This document shows positions 30,798 to 42,183 of a stretch of 64,000 bases of DNA, in pieces; position 1 is the first letter of the stretch, and each line of letters opens with the position of its first letter. This DNA comes from Trichoplax adhaerens (lineage: Eukaryota; Animalia; Placozoa). Below the pieces are notes generated by a model. That model made no database searches, was not told the DNA's origin, and was given only the letters and a program-made list of their open reading frames with translations. The stretch is from positions 6,088,286 through 6,152,285 of the forward strand of contig NW_002060947.1 of the NCBI RefSeq assembly GCF_000150275.1, given 5' to 3'. Both the position numbers and the translations under genes were made by a program.

Positions 30798-33111
30798 TTA
30801 ATCATCAATTTTTCTCTTTTTCTTTGGATGCCTGGACCTACTTTTCGCCTTACATAAGGGACAAATTGGAGCATTACGATGAATTTGTTGATGGCATGAT
30901 AAACACATTTTCATGGGTGGTGCTTGTTGCTTAAATTGTTGTATTACAGGTTCCTCATCTTGATTCTCTGCTGGTACTGCTTGTAGTGGGGTGACAGTAT
31001 CGATGGCAGTTGGTGGAGCAAGAGGTAGTGGAGGCTTGACTTCTGTGTGGATTATTTTAGATGTTTCTTGAGCTTTCATTATTCTGTAATACATATTCAA
31101 TGCAAATTTAATGATATCATACGGACTCTTATGATACTCGTTGCCAGATTTCATTTATAGTACAATAGTTAAGTAGTAGACTTTGAATGGACTATCTTAT
31201 AACTAATTTCAACTTGCTAAATCAATAAGTATTAATCAATAGCTAACATACCCAGTGAATAGGTTACGATCGTCATCTTCTAAGCCAGGTAGAGATTCTA
31301 AACCTAATGAAGATCTCATCTTGTCTACCTCATATTTTAATTCATTGTATTCTTTATGTGTACGTTGAATATTATTTCTACACTGATGGCATTCTTGGTC
31401 GGTTTGCTTGATAATGGCTTCCATCTGATTTAGCATGAGTAAAGAGAGAGTTGAAAAGAGCAGTGATGAAATAAGTAGCGATATAAAGTGAGATGATTAC
31501 CAATGCATGACCGTTAATCTTCTATATAAAATGAATTAATAGCTTACTGAATTAATATCTGCATGAATTAATCTTAATGCTTCGACGTGATTCATTTTTT
31601 CCTCTTGTAATAATTCAATTTCAGAGGTAAATTCTTGTAGTTTCTTTTCTTCACCACTGATTAACTCCAGTTCTTTTTGCATTTTGCTCTTTAATTTATC
31701 CAATAGTTGTACTTTATTTCTACGTATAATGAATGATTCAATCGCAATTTTAAAAGACGATCACATTCACGATCATTGCTTTCTACCATTAGCGTTAGTG
31801 TCAAAGTTGAGACTATCAACATAGGCATGGAAACATGTATGTAATGTTCTCCTATCATTTCTTCGTCTAATTATTACAGGAGAATCGATTGGCAGACAGT
31901 ATACACCTTTTAGGCAAGACTATCATTTCTTCGTCTAGTTATTACAAGAGAATCGATTGGCAGACAGTATACATCTTTTAGGCAAGACGATCACATTCAT
32001 AATCATTCATTTCTGTCGTTGGCGTAAGTGTCAAAGTGGAGATTATCAACACTAGCAATTCAACATGTTTGTACTGTTATCCTATAATCCATTTGTCCAA
32101 TTACTACAGGAGAATAGATTAGCAGACAGTACAGTCCATAACTTCAACATTTTTCCGACAATTTGTTCGTTTCGATCTTTCCGTTGTGATATTATCGTAA
32201 CAGCATGAGTACATGGAGTAAAATACCATCGCTCGATTTACAACTGGTAGAAATCTTCTTGACTGTACAGAACACACTCTACCAATTTGCAGTTGTAGAA
32301 TCCTGTACAGTACTGTACAAATAAGGTGTGAAAAGCAAAATTGGCTAAAAGCCATGACTAAACCTTGTGAAAATGGCGTCTATGATGAGAGATTGGTGGA
32401 TGGATGGTTGGTTAACATGCAATTAACAATAATGGAAGGATAGATGAATTTGAATAGAATGGAAATCATTTTGACTGTAAATAAAAAAATGCTCTCATTC
32501 TGGGGGCAATCCGTCTAAGCGTGGGTTGCAATAACATCCTAGCAAATTATTGTTCATGTCATGACTTGATTATCCTACCCAAGACTGTGAAAAACAAGGA
32601 AGTGTTATTTAACTACTGTACAATCATGTTTTGTGAAGTTACGCCAACCTGTGTACAATAGCATCTAGTACTACAACATGATGATTGCCATTCAAATCAT
32701 GATACAACCATAGCCATTTTGTCATAAGCTAAGCGTGTAACTGCAAGACATTGAATCAGTATGCAGTAGAAAAGGCATCCCTTTAGTAAGGAAGGCTGTC
32801 TCCTTGCTCGTGTCGACAGTAGTAAACTAGTTTTGTTGTTGGATGGGAATGATGCCGCTTTCTCATCGAGTGCAATGTATACTAAAAAGAGAGACAACTT
32901 GATGCAAGCTATTGAATCTGCCAATTCAAGCTCGTGCAATCATGCTATTGCTATTTAGAAGAAGAAAGCGCTAGCGATCCTCCATCACTGTCTTGGTTTA
33001 TTGAACGATAAAGAAATAGAGTTGGCTGGCTATCGTGACTTACCGAATACCTCGTACCATATCTAATTTACTCATGACATCCATCTCTTCTTCAGCCCGG
33101 TAACCAGCCAT
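30798..33111 (-). CDS. ZC4H2: Zinc finger C4H2 domain-containing protein, 4 exons
   Basis: [23 protein letters not shown]|[12 protein letters not shown]...[21 protein letters not shown], and a C-terminal [30 protein letters not shown] essentially identical to ZC4H2. Confidence 0.96.
31755..32131. repeat. Nested tandem duplication in ZC4H2 intron 1 (~230 bp outer spacing with an internal ~68 bp duplication)
   Basis: agacgatcacattca at ~31755 and ~31985; ctatcatttcttcgtcta...gagaatcgattggcagacagtataca twice, plus a third degenerate copy. Confidence 0.85.
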
Positions 33112-33876
33112 ATTGTAGCTGTTCTTGATTTGCAAGGCAACACGTCGTGGCAATCTAATCTACTGCCCAATAAGAGCTAGGACTATATATACCCCAATTG
33201 GCATGTGTAATTTATGCGTTACATTGTGTACAATACATGACAATGTTGAATAACCTGACCATCTTGCACGCAAATATTCATGTAAATTAAGCACATTTTT
33301 GATTTGATGTTGTTAACCATTTTAATTGAATTTTCCAAATGTATGCGTGAGGGGCCGCAAGGACGCTAGGACGCACAAAGAGTGGGTGCTGGAGCATTAT
33401 GTGCAAAATAGCTTGTCACTGTAAGGCGTGTTGAATTGATGGTATAACAGTGTCTACTTTATGCACAAGATGGAGACAACAGATTGCACATTTTGCCTAC
33501 TACTTTACCGCTAATGGAGCAAAAGAATTTCTCTAATAAGCGTAAGTAAAAGTCCCCGATTGAGCAAGGGCTTTTGGATTGGGATTATAGACTACTATAA
33601 GAAGAAGTTTATTCTAGTAATCCCTGCCTGGAGGATCATCGTTGTTACATGTTATAAAATCACTTTGGGATTGATTAGTCCAATTATGAATCATGTAGCC
33701 ATGACTGTGTACAAAGTCAATAGCAGGTTTCTCCTCTCCGTAGTAACTTTGCTCAATCCATTTCAACTTTGATGGATAAACTAATAGTTATCGTACTAAC
33801 TTGACTCAATCACTTGAAATTTCCATGGATAAAACTAAACAGTACTGTACTGTCTAGCGTTCATTGTTGCAACGAT

Positions 33877-34434
33877 AAATAAAGTAAAATGGCTACCATC
33901 TCCTGACACTTACTTTGCTTCATGTATTTGAACTGCTATGGACAAACTGATCGATAGTCTACAGCAACCATAAATAAAGTAGAATGGCTACCATCTCCTA
34001 ACACTTACTTTGCTCAATGTATTTGAACTGCTATGGACAAACTGATCGATAGTCTACAGCAACCATGAATAAAGTAGAATGGCTACCATCTCCTGACACT
34101 TACTTTGCTCAATGTATTTGAACTTCTATGGACAAACTGATCGATAGTCTACAGCAAACATAAATAAAGTAGAATGGCTACCATCTCCTGACACTTACTT
34201 TGCTCAATGTATTTGAACTGCTATAGACAAACTGATCGATAGTCTACAGCAACCATAAATAAAGTAGAATGGCTACTATCTCCTGACACTCTGCTCAATG
34301 TATTTGAACTGCTATAGACAAACTGATCGATAGTCTACAGCAACCATAAATAAAGTAGAATGGCTACCATCTCCTGACACTTACTTTGCTTAATGTATTT
34401 GAACTGCTGTGGACAAACCGATCGATAGCGTACA
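33877..34434. repeat. Tandem repeat, 95 bp unit, 6 copies
   Basis: ggctac(c/t)atctcct at 33891, 33986, 34081, 34176, 34271 and 34362. Confidence 0.95.
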
Positions 34435-34769
34435 ACGCATACGAACATTGCTTAATCTGCTATTCATTTATCCTCCAAAAAAATGACATCTAGATATTCC
34501 GGATTATGTACAGTACTGTAGTTTGGCAGCGTCGATCTCGGCAGAAGAACATGATCTGACTGTTTATAAAAAAATCCAGTCAACAGTCAGCAATAATGTG
34601 CAATGACTGGATGTTTGCTGGCTGCATGTTAGCAATTACTCGAATCTCCCTCTTTCTTTTCTTAGTAGTCTCTAGATGGAGTAACTGTCTATTACCATCT
34701 GGTATGTCAGTAGCTACCAAAACCTGCCTCTCTTCTTTTACAATTAGCAAACCCTGGGTAGAGTAACTG

Positions 34770-35995
34770 TAATCCATATTCTTGCAGGGTGTTTGCATTT
34801 TGAGATCCGACAACGGAACGTCTCTCTCTTTTCTTTCAACTATAAAGTCGTCTCCGGATAGAGTAACTCTCATCTCTATTCTTGAGAGGTGACTATTGAG
34901 TGCAGTGGGTATCTCTTTTCTTTCAACTGCAAAGTCATGGAGTAACAATCATCTCCATTCTTGTAGCAAGTCTATATTTTGAGAGGGGACTACTGAATGC
35001 AATATCTCTTTTCTCTTAACTGTAAAGTCCCATCTCTGGATAGACTAACTACCATCTCGATTCTTGTGGCAAGTCTGCATTTTGTGAGGGGACTACTGAG
35101 TGTAGTATCTCTTTTCTTTTAACTATAAAGTCCCATCTCTATTCTTGTGGCAAGTCTGCATTTTGAGAGGGGACTACGGAGTGCAGTATCTCTTTTAGCT
35201 ATAAAGTCCCATCTCTATTCTTGTGGCAAGTCTGCATTTTGAGAGGGGATTACTGGCCCGGACCAGCTTGACAGAACGAAATAGAAAGGGAGTGTAAAGT
35301 CATGGAGTAACTATCATCTCTATTCTTGCGGCAAGTCTGCATTTAGAGAGGCGACTACTGAGTGCAGTCGGAATCTCTTTCTTTCTTTTAACAGTAAAGT
35401 CATCTCCGGACAGAATTATCTTCTCTATTCCTGCAACCATATCTTCATTTTGAGAGGCGACTACGGAGTGCATCCGGTATCTCTTACTTTGAACTATGAA
35501 ATCATGGGAGTAGGAGTAACTATCATCTCTGTTCTAGCATCTGTTAATATGAGGAAGTTCTGTGTATTACTTGAATTCGAGGAGTACATCCTTACTATGA
35601 TAATTCAAGAGAGATTCCAAGAATTCAGGAATACCTACAGAAGTGCACCACTATTTAGAACAAATACGATACTATGAACTCTACAAGGCATATTGCAGTG
35701 ACAACTCAACATGAGTACATGATATTGCAGCAGCCTAGGTGTGCATTTTGAGAGACAACTAGTGAGTGCAGCCAGTATCTCTTTTCTTTGAACTGTAAAA
35801 TCATGGAGTAAACTAGCTGCAATCCCTAATAACTATCATCTCTATTCTTGCGGCAAGTGTGCATTTTGAGAGGTGACTACAAAACTATCGCCTAGGTATA
35901 AAGTCATGGAGGAACTGTCATCTCTATCTTCTTGCACCATGTCTGCATTTTTGGTTTTAGTCATCTCCGGACCGAGGTTCTTCTGTCAAAGGTAG
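34770..35995. repeat. Old, degenerate tandem repeat family (~75-110 bp units)
   Basis: Recurrent catctctattcttg(t/c)ggcaagtctgcattttgagagg.gactactgagtgcagtatctcttttct..aactataaagtc. Confidence 0.85.
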
Positions 35996-36143
35996 ACAGC
36001 TATGTATACCTATCATTATAATGGCCATCGTCATTATTATGATAGTACTGTACATATAGCAAGAACATGATAGCTATCTACGTATAGCCCTATCATTATA
36101 GCTAACTATACCCTCTCATTTTCGTTTTAGAGTCATCTCCGGA

Positions 36144-37602
36144 CAGAGTTTCATCTGTCAAAGGTTGGGTTCTTGCGGCATGGTTTGCATTTTGAGATGG
36201 GATAGCTGAGTGTTATCGGGTGCCATGCGGTAAGCTGCTATTTGCGCCATATATATTTATATATATATAACGTAGAGAGAGAGCTCCATCTGTCAATGGT
36301 TGGGTTCTTGCAGCATGGTTGCATTTTGAGATGGGATGGCTGAGTGTTTGCAGACGCCAGGCGGTAAGCTGCTGTGTATTTGCACCGTCTATATTTATAC
36401 ATTTATGTTATACTGTACACAGTTATATATACAGAGTTGCATCTGTCAAAGGTTGGGTTCTTGCAACATGGTTGCATTTTGAGATGGGATGGCTGAGCGG
36501 TTTGCAGACGCCAGGTAGTAAGCTGCTGTGTATTTGCACCATCTATATTTATATATATGTCATATACTGTACAGGGTTATGATATACATATCTATACAGA
36601 GTTTCATCTGTCAAAGGTTGGGTTCTTGCAACATGATTGCATTTGAGATGGGATGGCTGAGTGTTTGCAGATGCCAGGCGGTAAACTATTGTGTATTTGT
36701 ACCATTTATATTTATATATACGTCATATACTGTACAGAGTTTCATCTGTCAAAGGTTGGGTTCTTGCAGCATGATTGCATTTTGAGATGGGATGGCTGAA
36801 TGTTTGCAGGTGCTAGGCAGTAAGCTGTTGTGTATTTGCACCATATATATTTGACATATATACGGTACAGAGTTACAATATAACATATGTATACAGAGTT
36901 GCATCTGTCAAAGGTTGGGTTCTTGCAGCATGATTGCATTTTGAGATGGGATGGCTGAGTGTTTGCAGGTGCTAGGCAGTAAGCTGCTGTGTATTTGCAC
37001 CATGTATATTTGACATATATACGGTACAGAGTTACAATATAACATATGTATACAGAGTTGCATCTGTCAAAGGTTGGGTTCTTGCAGCATGATTGCATTT
37101 TGAGATGGGATGGCTGAGTGTTTGCAGACGCCAGGCGGTAAGCTACTGTGTATTTGCACCATTTATATTTATATATATATGTCATATACTGTACAGAGTT
37201 TCATCTGTCAAAGGTTGGGTTCTTGCAGCATGGTTGCATTTTGAGATGGGATGGCTGAGCGGTTTGCAGGCGCCAGGCAGTCAGCTGCTGTGTATTTGCA
37301 CCATCTATCTTTATACATATATATTATACTGTACAGAGTTATATATACATATCTATACAGAGTTGTATCTGTCAAAGGTTGGGTGGGTTCTTGCAACATG
37401 ATTGCATTTTGAGATGGGATGGCTGAGTGTTTGCAGACGCCAGGCAGTAAGCTACTGTGTATTCGCACCATTTATATTTATATATATATGTCATATACTG
37501 TACAGAGTTTCATCTGTCAAAGGTTGGGTTCTTGCAGCATGGTTGCATTTTGAGATGGGATGGCTGAGCGGTTTGCAGGCGCCAGGCAGTCAGCTGCTGT
37601 GT
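36144..37602. repeat. Array of 10 copies of a conserved ~110 bp block separated by variable 25-55 bp AT-rich spacers
   Basis: Block starts (cagagtt.catctgtcaaagg) at 36144, ~36279, 36432, 36597, 36735, 36894, 37053, 37194, 37358 and 37503. Period 135-165 bp. Confidence 0.95.
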
Positions 37603-38900
37603 GCATTTACGACGTATATCCGATAAATGATCCAGCTGCTGTTGGCGTCTGCAACTTTTGTGCTTTTGTAGCGTAAGTCAATCAATCCCTATAGTAAAGT
37701 ATTGTTCTGGCAGTCTTATCCGAGCACAAAATAGCCGTCGTCGACCTGGATGGCAGTCATTTCCCCAGCCAACAAAATAATCATTGCAAATAGCTTGGTC
37801 TAACGCCTTATTGACAATCTCCGCATGGAACACACTACTGTAAGGCTGCAGGTAGCCTCGGCAGACTCCCATCCATGCTGTTGCCACTATGGCGTTTGAA
37901 CTGGCTTCCGAGTGGCAATCCTGTCAGCAGTATCCCATACTACAGTGCGGTAGAGTGGAGGCAGTATCGACAGTAAGAATAAGAAGTGCATTTTGCCCCC
38001 ATCGGATCTCGATATTGCTTTGGTCTACGCCAACATTGATTTATTAAAGAAATAAATTGCTTATGGTAAATTCTACGTGTTCTAAAGTCATTGCTACAAC
38101 TGTGATGAAATCTTACTGATTGTGTGCCAGTGATTATTTGGATGGTAGTAGAATTGATCGGCGTCAACAGGCAGCAAATTCTCCCCCTTGAAAGACACTT
38201 TGGACAGTCTCGTGGCCATTTGCAAGAGGAACCATCAACGCAGTCAGCAGCAGATTTTATGCTATCCTTGCCACCATTTTCCTTCTTTAATGACTGGATA
38301 AACAGTCTACTCTATTTTTGATCCTATTGTTTCCATTGAAGAAAGTAATTGACAAAAGAAATTTTACTTGGACTGATATTCCGCCAATTGATTTACGACG
38401 CTTCCATCATATGTTGGCCATGCCAAACAATGTCAAGGATTAGACAATTATTCTCATTTTATTGATGTATACTGGAGGCAAGCTCTATTCCTCATCGGTA
38501 AGATTATCCTTTCCTACTTTCTTCCTTATAGTGTCCATCAAGCAAATCTTTCTCTCTCTCTTGTTGGCTTTGCTTCCCTGCGATCGCCATATTTCCATCC
38601 ACTCCAACACAAAATAATTCAATTAATCGCTGATCACTTGATAAAGAATAATTAACTACTGCCTAGAAAAATTGCCATCGTCATCAATCTTTGACTAATA
38701 TCTACTACGTTAGCCTGCTAGCCGTGACGACAGTGACAAAAATTGGCAACCTGTATCGATCAATCTGGCCATATCATATTGTATCCATCAATCTGTTCAT
38801 TTCTTGCCCATTAGCAACCCATTGCTATTCATCCAATCCAAATTGAAAATCGTCGTTGATGATATTATTATTAACTGTAAAGTGAATTACAATCCTCCCA

Positions 38901-40715
38901 ATGAATAACATAATGAATCGTACCAATCGAATACGTCCACTACCAGTCATCTTATGTGTCATTTTATTTATATTACTATCATTGAAATTTTTCGGTTACT
39001 TATCCTCCGATTCCAATACCAAAACTTTACCACATGACGATTTTAAACTAGATACCAAAGATAATCGAGCTAAACTGGAAGATGCTGCCCAATTACGCTT
39101 AGAGTTAGATGCTAAAATTGTTCAATTACAAGAAGCCAAGGAAAAAATTCAACAACTCAACAAGTTATCCAATCAACATAAATGCGATTCCAAAGGTGAT
39201 TTAGAAAAGAAATTAATTAGCTCACAGCAAGCCTATGAGAAATTGAAAGCGGATAAAAGTAAAGTAGAAAAAGAATTATCAGAAAAAGATTCTCAATTGG
39301 CCAAGTATACATTAACTACCACGTCACCATTTGAAGGGCAAAAATTAGTCCACTTCGATTTGAAAGGAGCTCCACCAAAGATCAAATACTTACTCCAGCT
39401 ATTGCCGTTATTCAAGAAATTAGGTGCAACGGGTTTATTAATGGAATACGAAGATATGTTTCCTTATACGGGCAATATTTCCGTTTTAGCAAGGAATAAT
39501 TCCTATACTGCTCAAGATATTGCCAAAATACACACAACAGCCACTCAACTCAAGTTAACCATTATACCATTAATACAAACTTTTGGCCATATGGAATTTG
39601 TCTTGAAACATGATCAATTTACTCATTTAAATGAAGTAAGCCACCATAAAATGGTCATTTGCTCTGGCTGTAATGGCTCCTATGAATTAATCGAAGAAAT
39701 GATTCGACAAATTATGACTTTACATCCAGGAATTGATTATATCCATATTGGTGGTGATGAAGTCTACGATTTATACAAGCATAAACATACTCGAGGTAAA
39801 TTTATTTCCAAAGAGAAATTATTTACTACCCATATTATGCAAGTATCGAGTTATATTAATAGCCACTGGTCCAATGTACGTGTCATTATATGGGATGATA
39901 TGTTAAGAACATGGAGTGTGGATCACATCGCCAACTTGAAAGATTACGTTATACCTATGGTATGGGCCTATTGGTCTAATTTAGATGAATATTTCCCTAC
40001 CGGGATGTGGCAACGTTACGCTAAGGTATTTCGTGAAGTATGGATTGCATCCGCTTTTAAAGGAGCTGGCGGATCGGATAATGATTTCCCACCTATTCAG
40101 CAACATGTTGGCAATCAAGAATCGTGGTTAAAAATTATCGCATCCTTACAAGATACTGGCATGACAGTAACTGGCATTGCATTAACAGGATGGTCACGTT
40201 ATGATCACTTTGCTAATATGGTTGAATTATTACCAGCCGGAATAACATCGCTAGCCTTATGCTTAGGTGTTTTAGAAGCTGGCGAAATGAATCATAAAGT
40301 CGTCATGACAGCAACACATTTACTTGGTTGTCCAAAAAATATTACTGTTGCCATTAATCGTAAATATCAAGCAGAAGAATGCTCATTTACTGGTTCAGCT
40401 GCATTCTATGCCATAGGAATTTATTATCAAGGTACAATACATTATGATCGTGCAAGAAATGTAATACCAACGTGGCATACTCGATTTCAACGAAAGCGTG
40501 GTAGAATTAGTCCATTTCGATTAGAAAGAGCTTATGCTGAATGCATGGAAAGTAGAAAGTATTTACTGAGAGCTCAAAAGATTGTACGTACATCATTCGC
40601 TAAATTATTCTATGTTAGAGATATCCAAGAATGGATGATTACCAAGATAATTACCAAGTTAGCTAATGTAGACTCTCTTCTAAAAAAATTAGAAGATTAC
40701 AAGGTTGCCTCTTAA
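38901..40715 (+). CDS. HEXD: Hexosaminidase D-like GH20 enzyme with N-terminal TM anchor and coiled-coil stalk, single coding exon
   Basis: 604-aa ORF: TM ~aa14-34, coiled coil ~aa57-135, VHFDLKGAPP, GLLMEYEDMFPY, IPLIQTFGHMEFVLKH, catalytic HIGGDEV, WIASAFKGA, LTGWSRYDH. Confidence 0.93.
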   Translation: MNNIMNRTNRIRPLPVILCVILFILLSLKFFGYLSSDSNTKTLPHDDFKLDTKDNRAKLEDAAQLRLELDAKIVQLQEAKEKIQQLNKLSNQHKCDSKGDLEKKLISSQQAYEKLKADKSKVEKELSEKDSQLAKYTLTTTSPFEGQKLVHFDLKGAPPKIKYLLQLLPLFKKLGATGLLMEYEDMFPYTGNISVLARNNSYTAQDIAKIHTTATQLKLTIIPLIQTFGHMEFVLKHDQFTHLNEVSHHKMVICSGCNGSYELIEEMIRQIMTLHPGIDYIHIGGDEVYDLYKHKHTRGKFISKEKLFTTHIMQVSSYINSHWSNVRVIIWDDMLRTWSVDHIANLKDYVIPMVWAYWSNLDEYFPTGMWQRYAKVFREVWIASAFKGAGGSDNDFPPIQQHVGNQESWLKIIASLQDTGMTVTGIALTGWSRYDHFANMVELLPAGITSLALCLGVLEAGEMNHKVVMTATHLLGCPKNITVAINRKYQAEECSFTGSAAFYAIGIYYQGTIHYDRARNVIPTWHTRFQRKRGRISPFRLERAYAECMESRKYLLRAQKIVRTSFAKLFYVRDIQEWMITKIITKLANVDSLLKKLEDYKVAS

Positions 40716-42183
40716 TTCTTTTCATTAAACTGACAGAATAAACTATATATTTTACTCATCACGTTATCTCACCAAACCTAATATTTCTAAATACAGCTAC
40801 TTTGCAACTATATCATTATACTTTGTCAAATTGTATTATTTCATAAAGTTTGCTCGTTATACTTTATATATTTCACATAGACTCATCGATAATATTGTTA
40901 GTTCTCTTAATTTATAATTCTCTTTCCATACAGTATATCGATTATAATAGTTTCCAACCGTTTTCTTATGCATTGGCTTTACTTATCTTTAATAACTTGA
41001 TGTAACTACCCTACCTGCAATATCTAGACATAACAATTAGTCAATAGCCATTTTAGCTAGTCGCACTTGACTAATCTTACTATCTAGGCTGTCCTGATCG
41101 TAATTACATGTATATCGATCGATATCTACTATTTTTATGATCTATCCATTAAATATTTCTCTCCTTGAAATTATCCTACTTTTCCTCCTATTTCGTAGTA
41201 GTATATCAAACATTTTTATCAATGAGAATATACAATATTACATGATTCTAGTGATCTTGATCAGGAGTATAATCATTTGCCATAAAATAAAAAACTTAGA
41301 CAGAAACCATAAAATATTTTATTATCTCAATGGACTCCCTAAAAGAACTTTCGAAGGACAAAAATTGCAATCAACAATTGTTAAAATTGAGAACCAACTA
41401 TTGAACGAAAAATTTTTAAAATACATCGGAAACAAAACAATTGTATCAACGTATTTGTCAAATACTCGTAAAACAAATGATAAGACTTCTTCTAAAGTTG
41501 AGCATGATATTGTATCTAAATTTCTTATAGAATGAATTCCATGCTACGACTAGGATGCAAGTGGGCAGATCCCATACAATCCCTTGTATACTTGAAATTA
41601 ATCTTTCCTCAAAAGTCTCTCTGTTGAATAGCTAAATTCATTCATTTCAATTCACCTGAAGACAGTGGCTATCCTAAATTTTAATCATAGTTTGCGAAAC
41701 ATTTATATAACCTTAAGATTAAACAAACGGTCTGTATGTAAACAATGTCACACTGAATACTATCATTACAAATTTTTTACAAAAATACTAAAGTTAAGAT
41801 AGCTGTGCCTTCATGACACTCTATCGCCTACTTTATATACAACATTCGCTTTTGAAGCGATCTTGATCTGCCTAGGCATAAATTAATCACAATATCATGA
41901 TGACAACATTACTGTACATTAGTAATCAACAACATATGAGTTTAAGCTAATTTGGTTAATCCTCAAATAAAAAAAGGCAGCTAATATCTACTTCTAAATA
42001 TTAATACACAAAGAGTAACTATTTCAAAATGGTGATTCTTATTCCTCAAGATCGACGACAAGGAATCACCTGAAAGCGAAAATTTTCTTTTGCAATCGAA
42101 ATGCAAACTTAAGTTACTGTACAACTTATTACAAGCATGATCGCTGAATAAAGTGCTTCAATATCCAATATGAAGTATAATAT

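Noticed and set aside
34580-34948. 122-aa minus-strand ORF
   Set aside because: Derived from the degenerate repeat family, with a non-ATG start and no domain.
36144-37602. CRISPR array
   Set aside because: The repeat is ~110 bp, the spacers are mutually related AT microsatellites, there are no cas genes, and the context is eukaryotic.
36319-37626. ORFs within the array (e.g. 36742-37185 minus, 37093-37401 plus)
   Set aside because: By-products of the repeat; frames break between copies through indels and TGA variants.
37678-37887. Retroelement RNase H (SVFHAEI..KAL)
   Set aside because: No upstream DGS or downstream SDS motifs and no RT nearby; more likely GC-rich promoter/UTR sequence.
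41137-41535. 132-aa plus-strand ORF between HEXD and ARMC2
   Set aside because: Ile/Asn/Lys-rich translation typical of AT-rich non-coding DNA, with no recognisable motif. Cannot be fully excluded.
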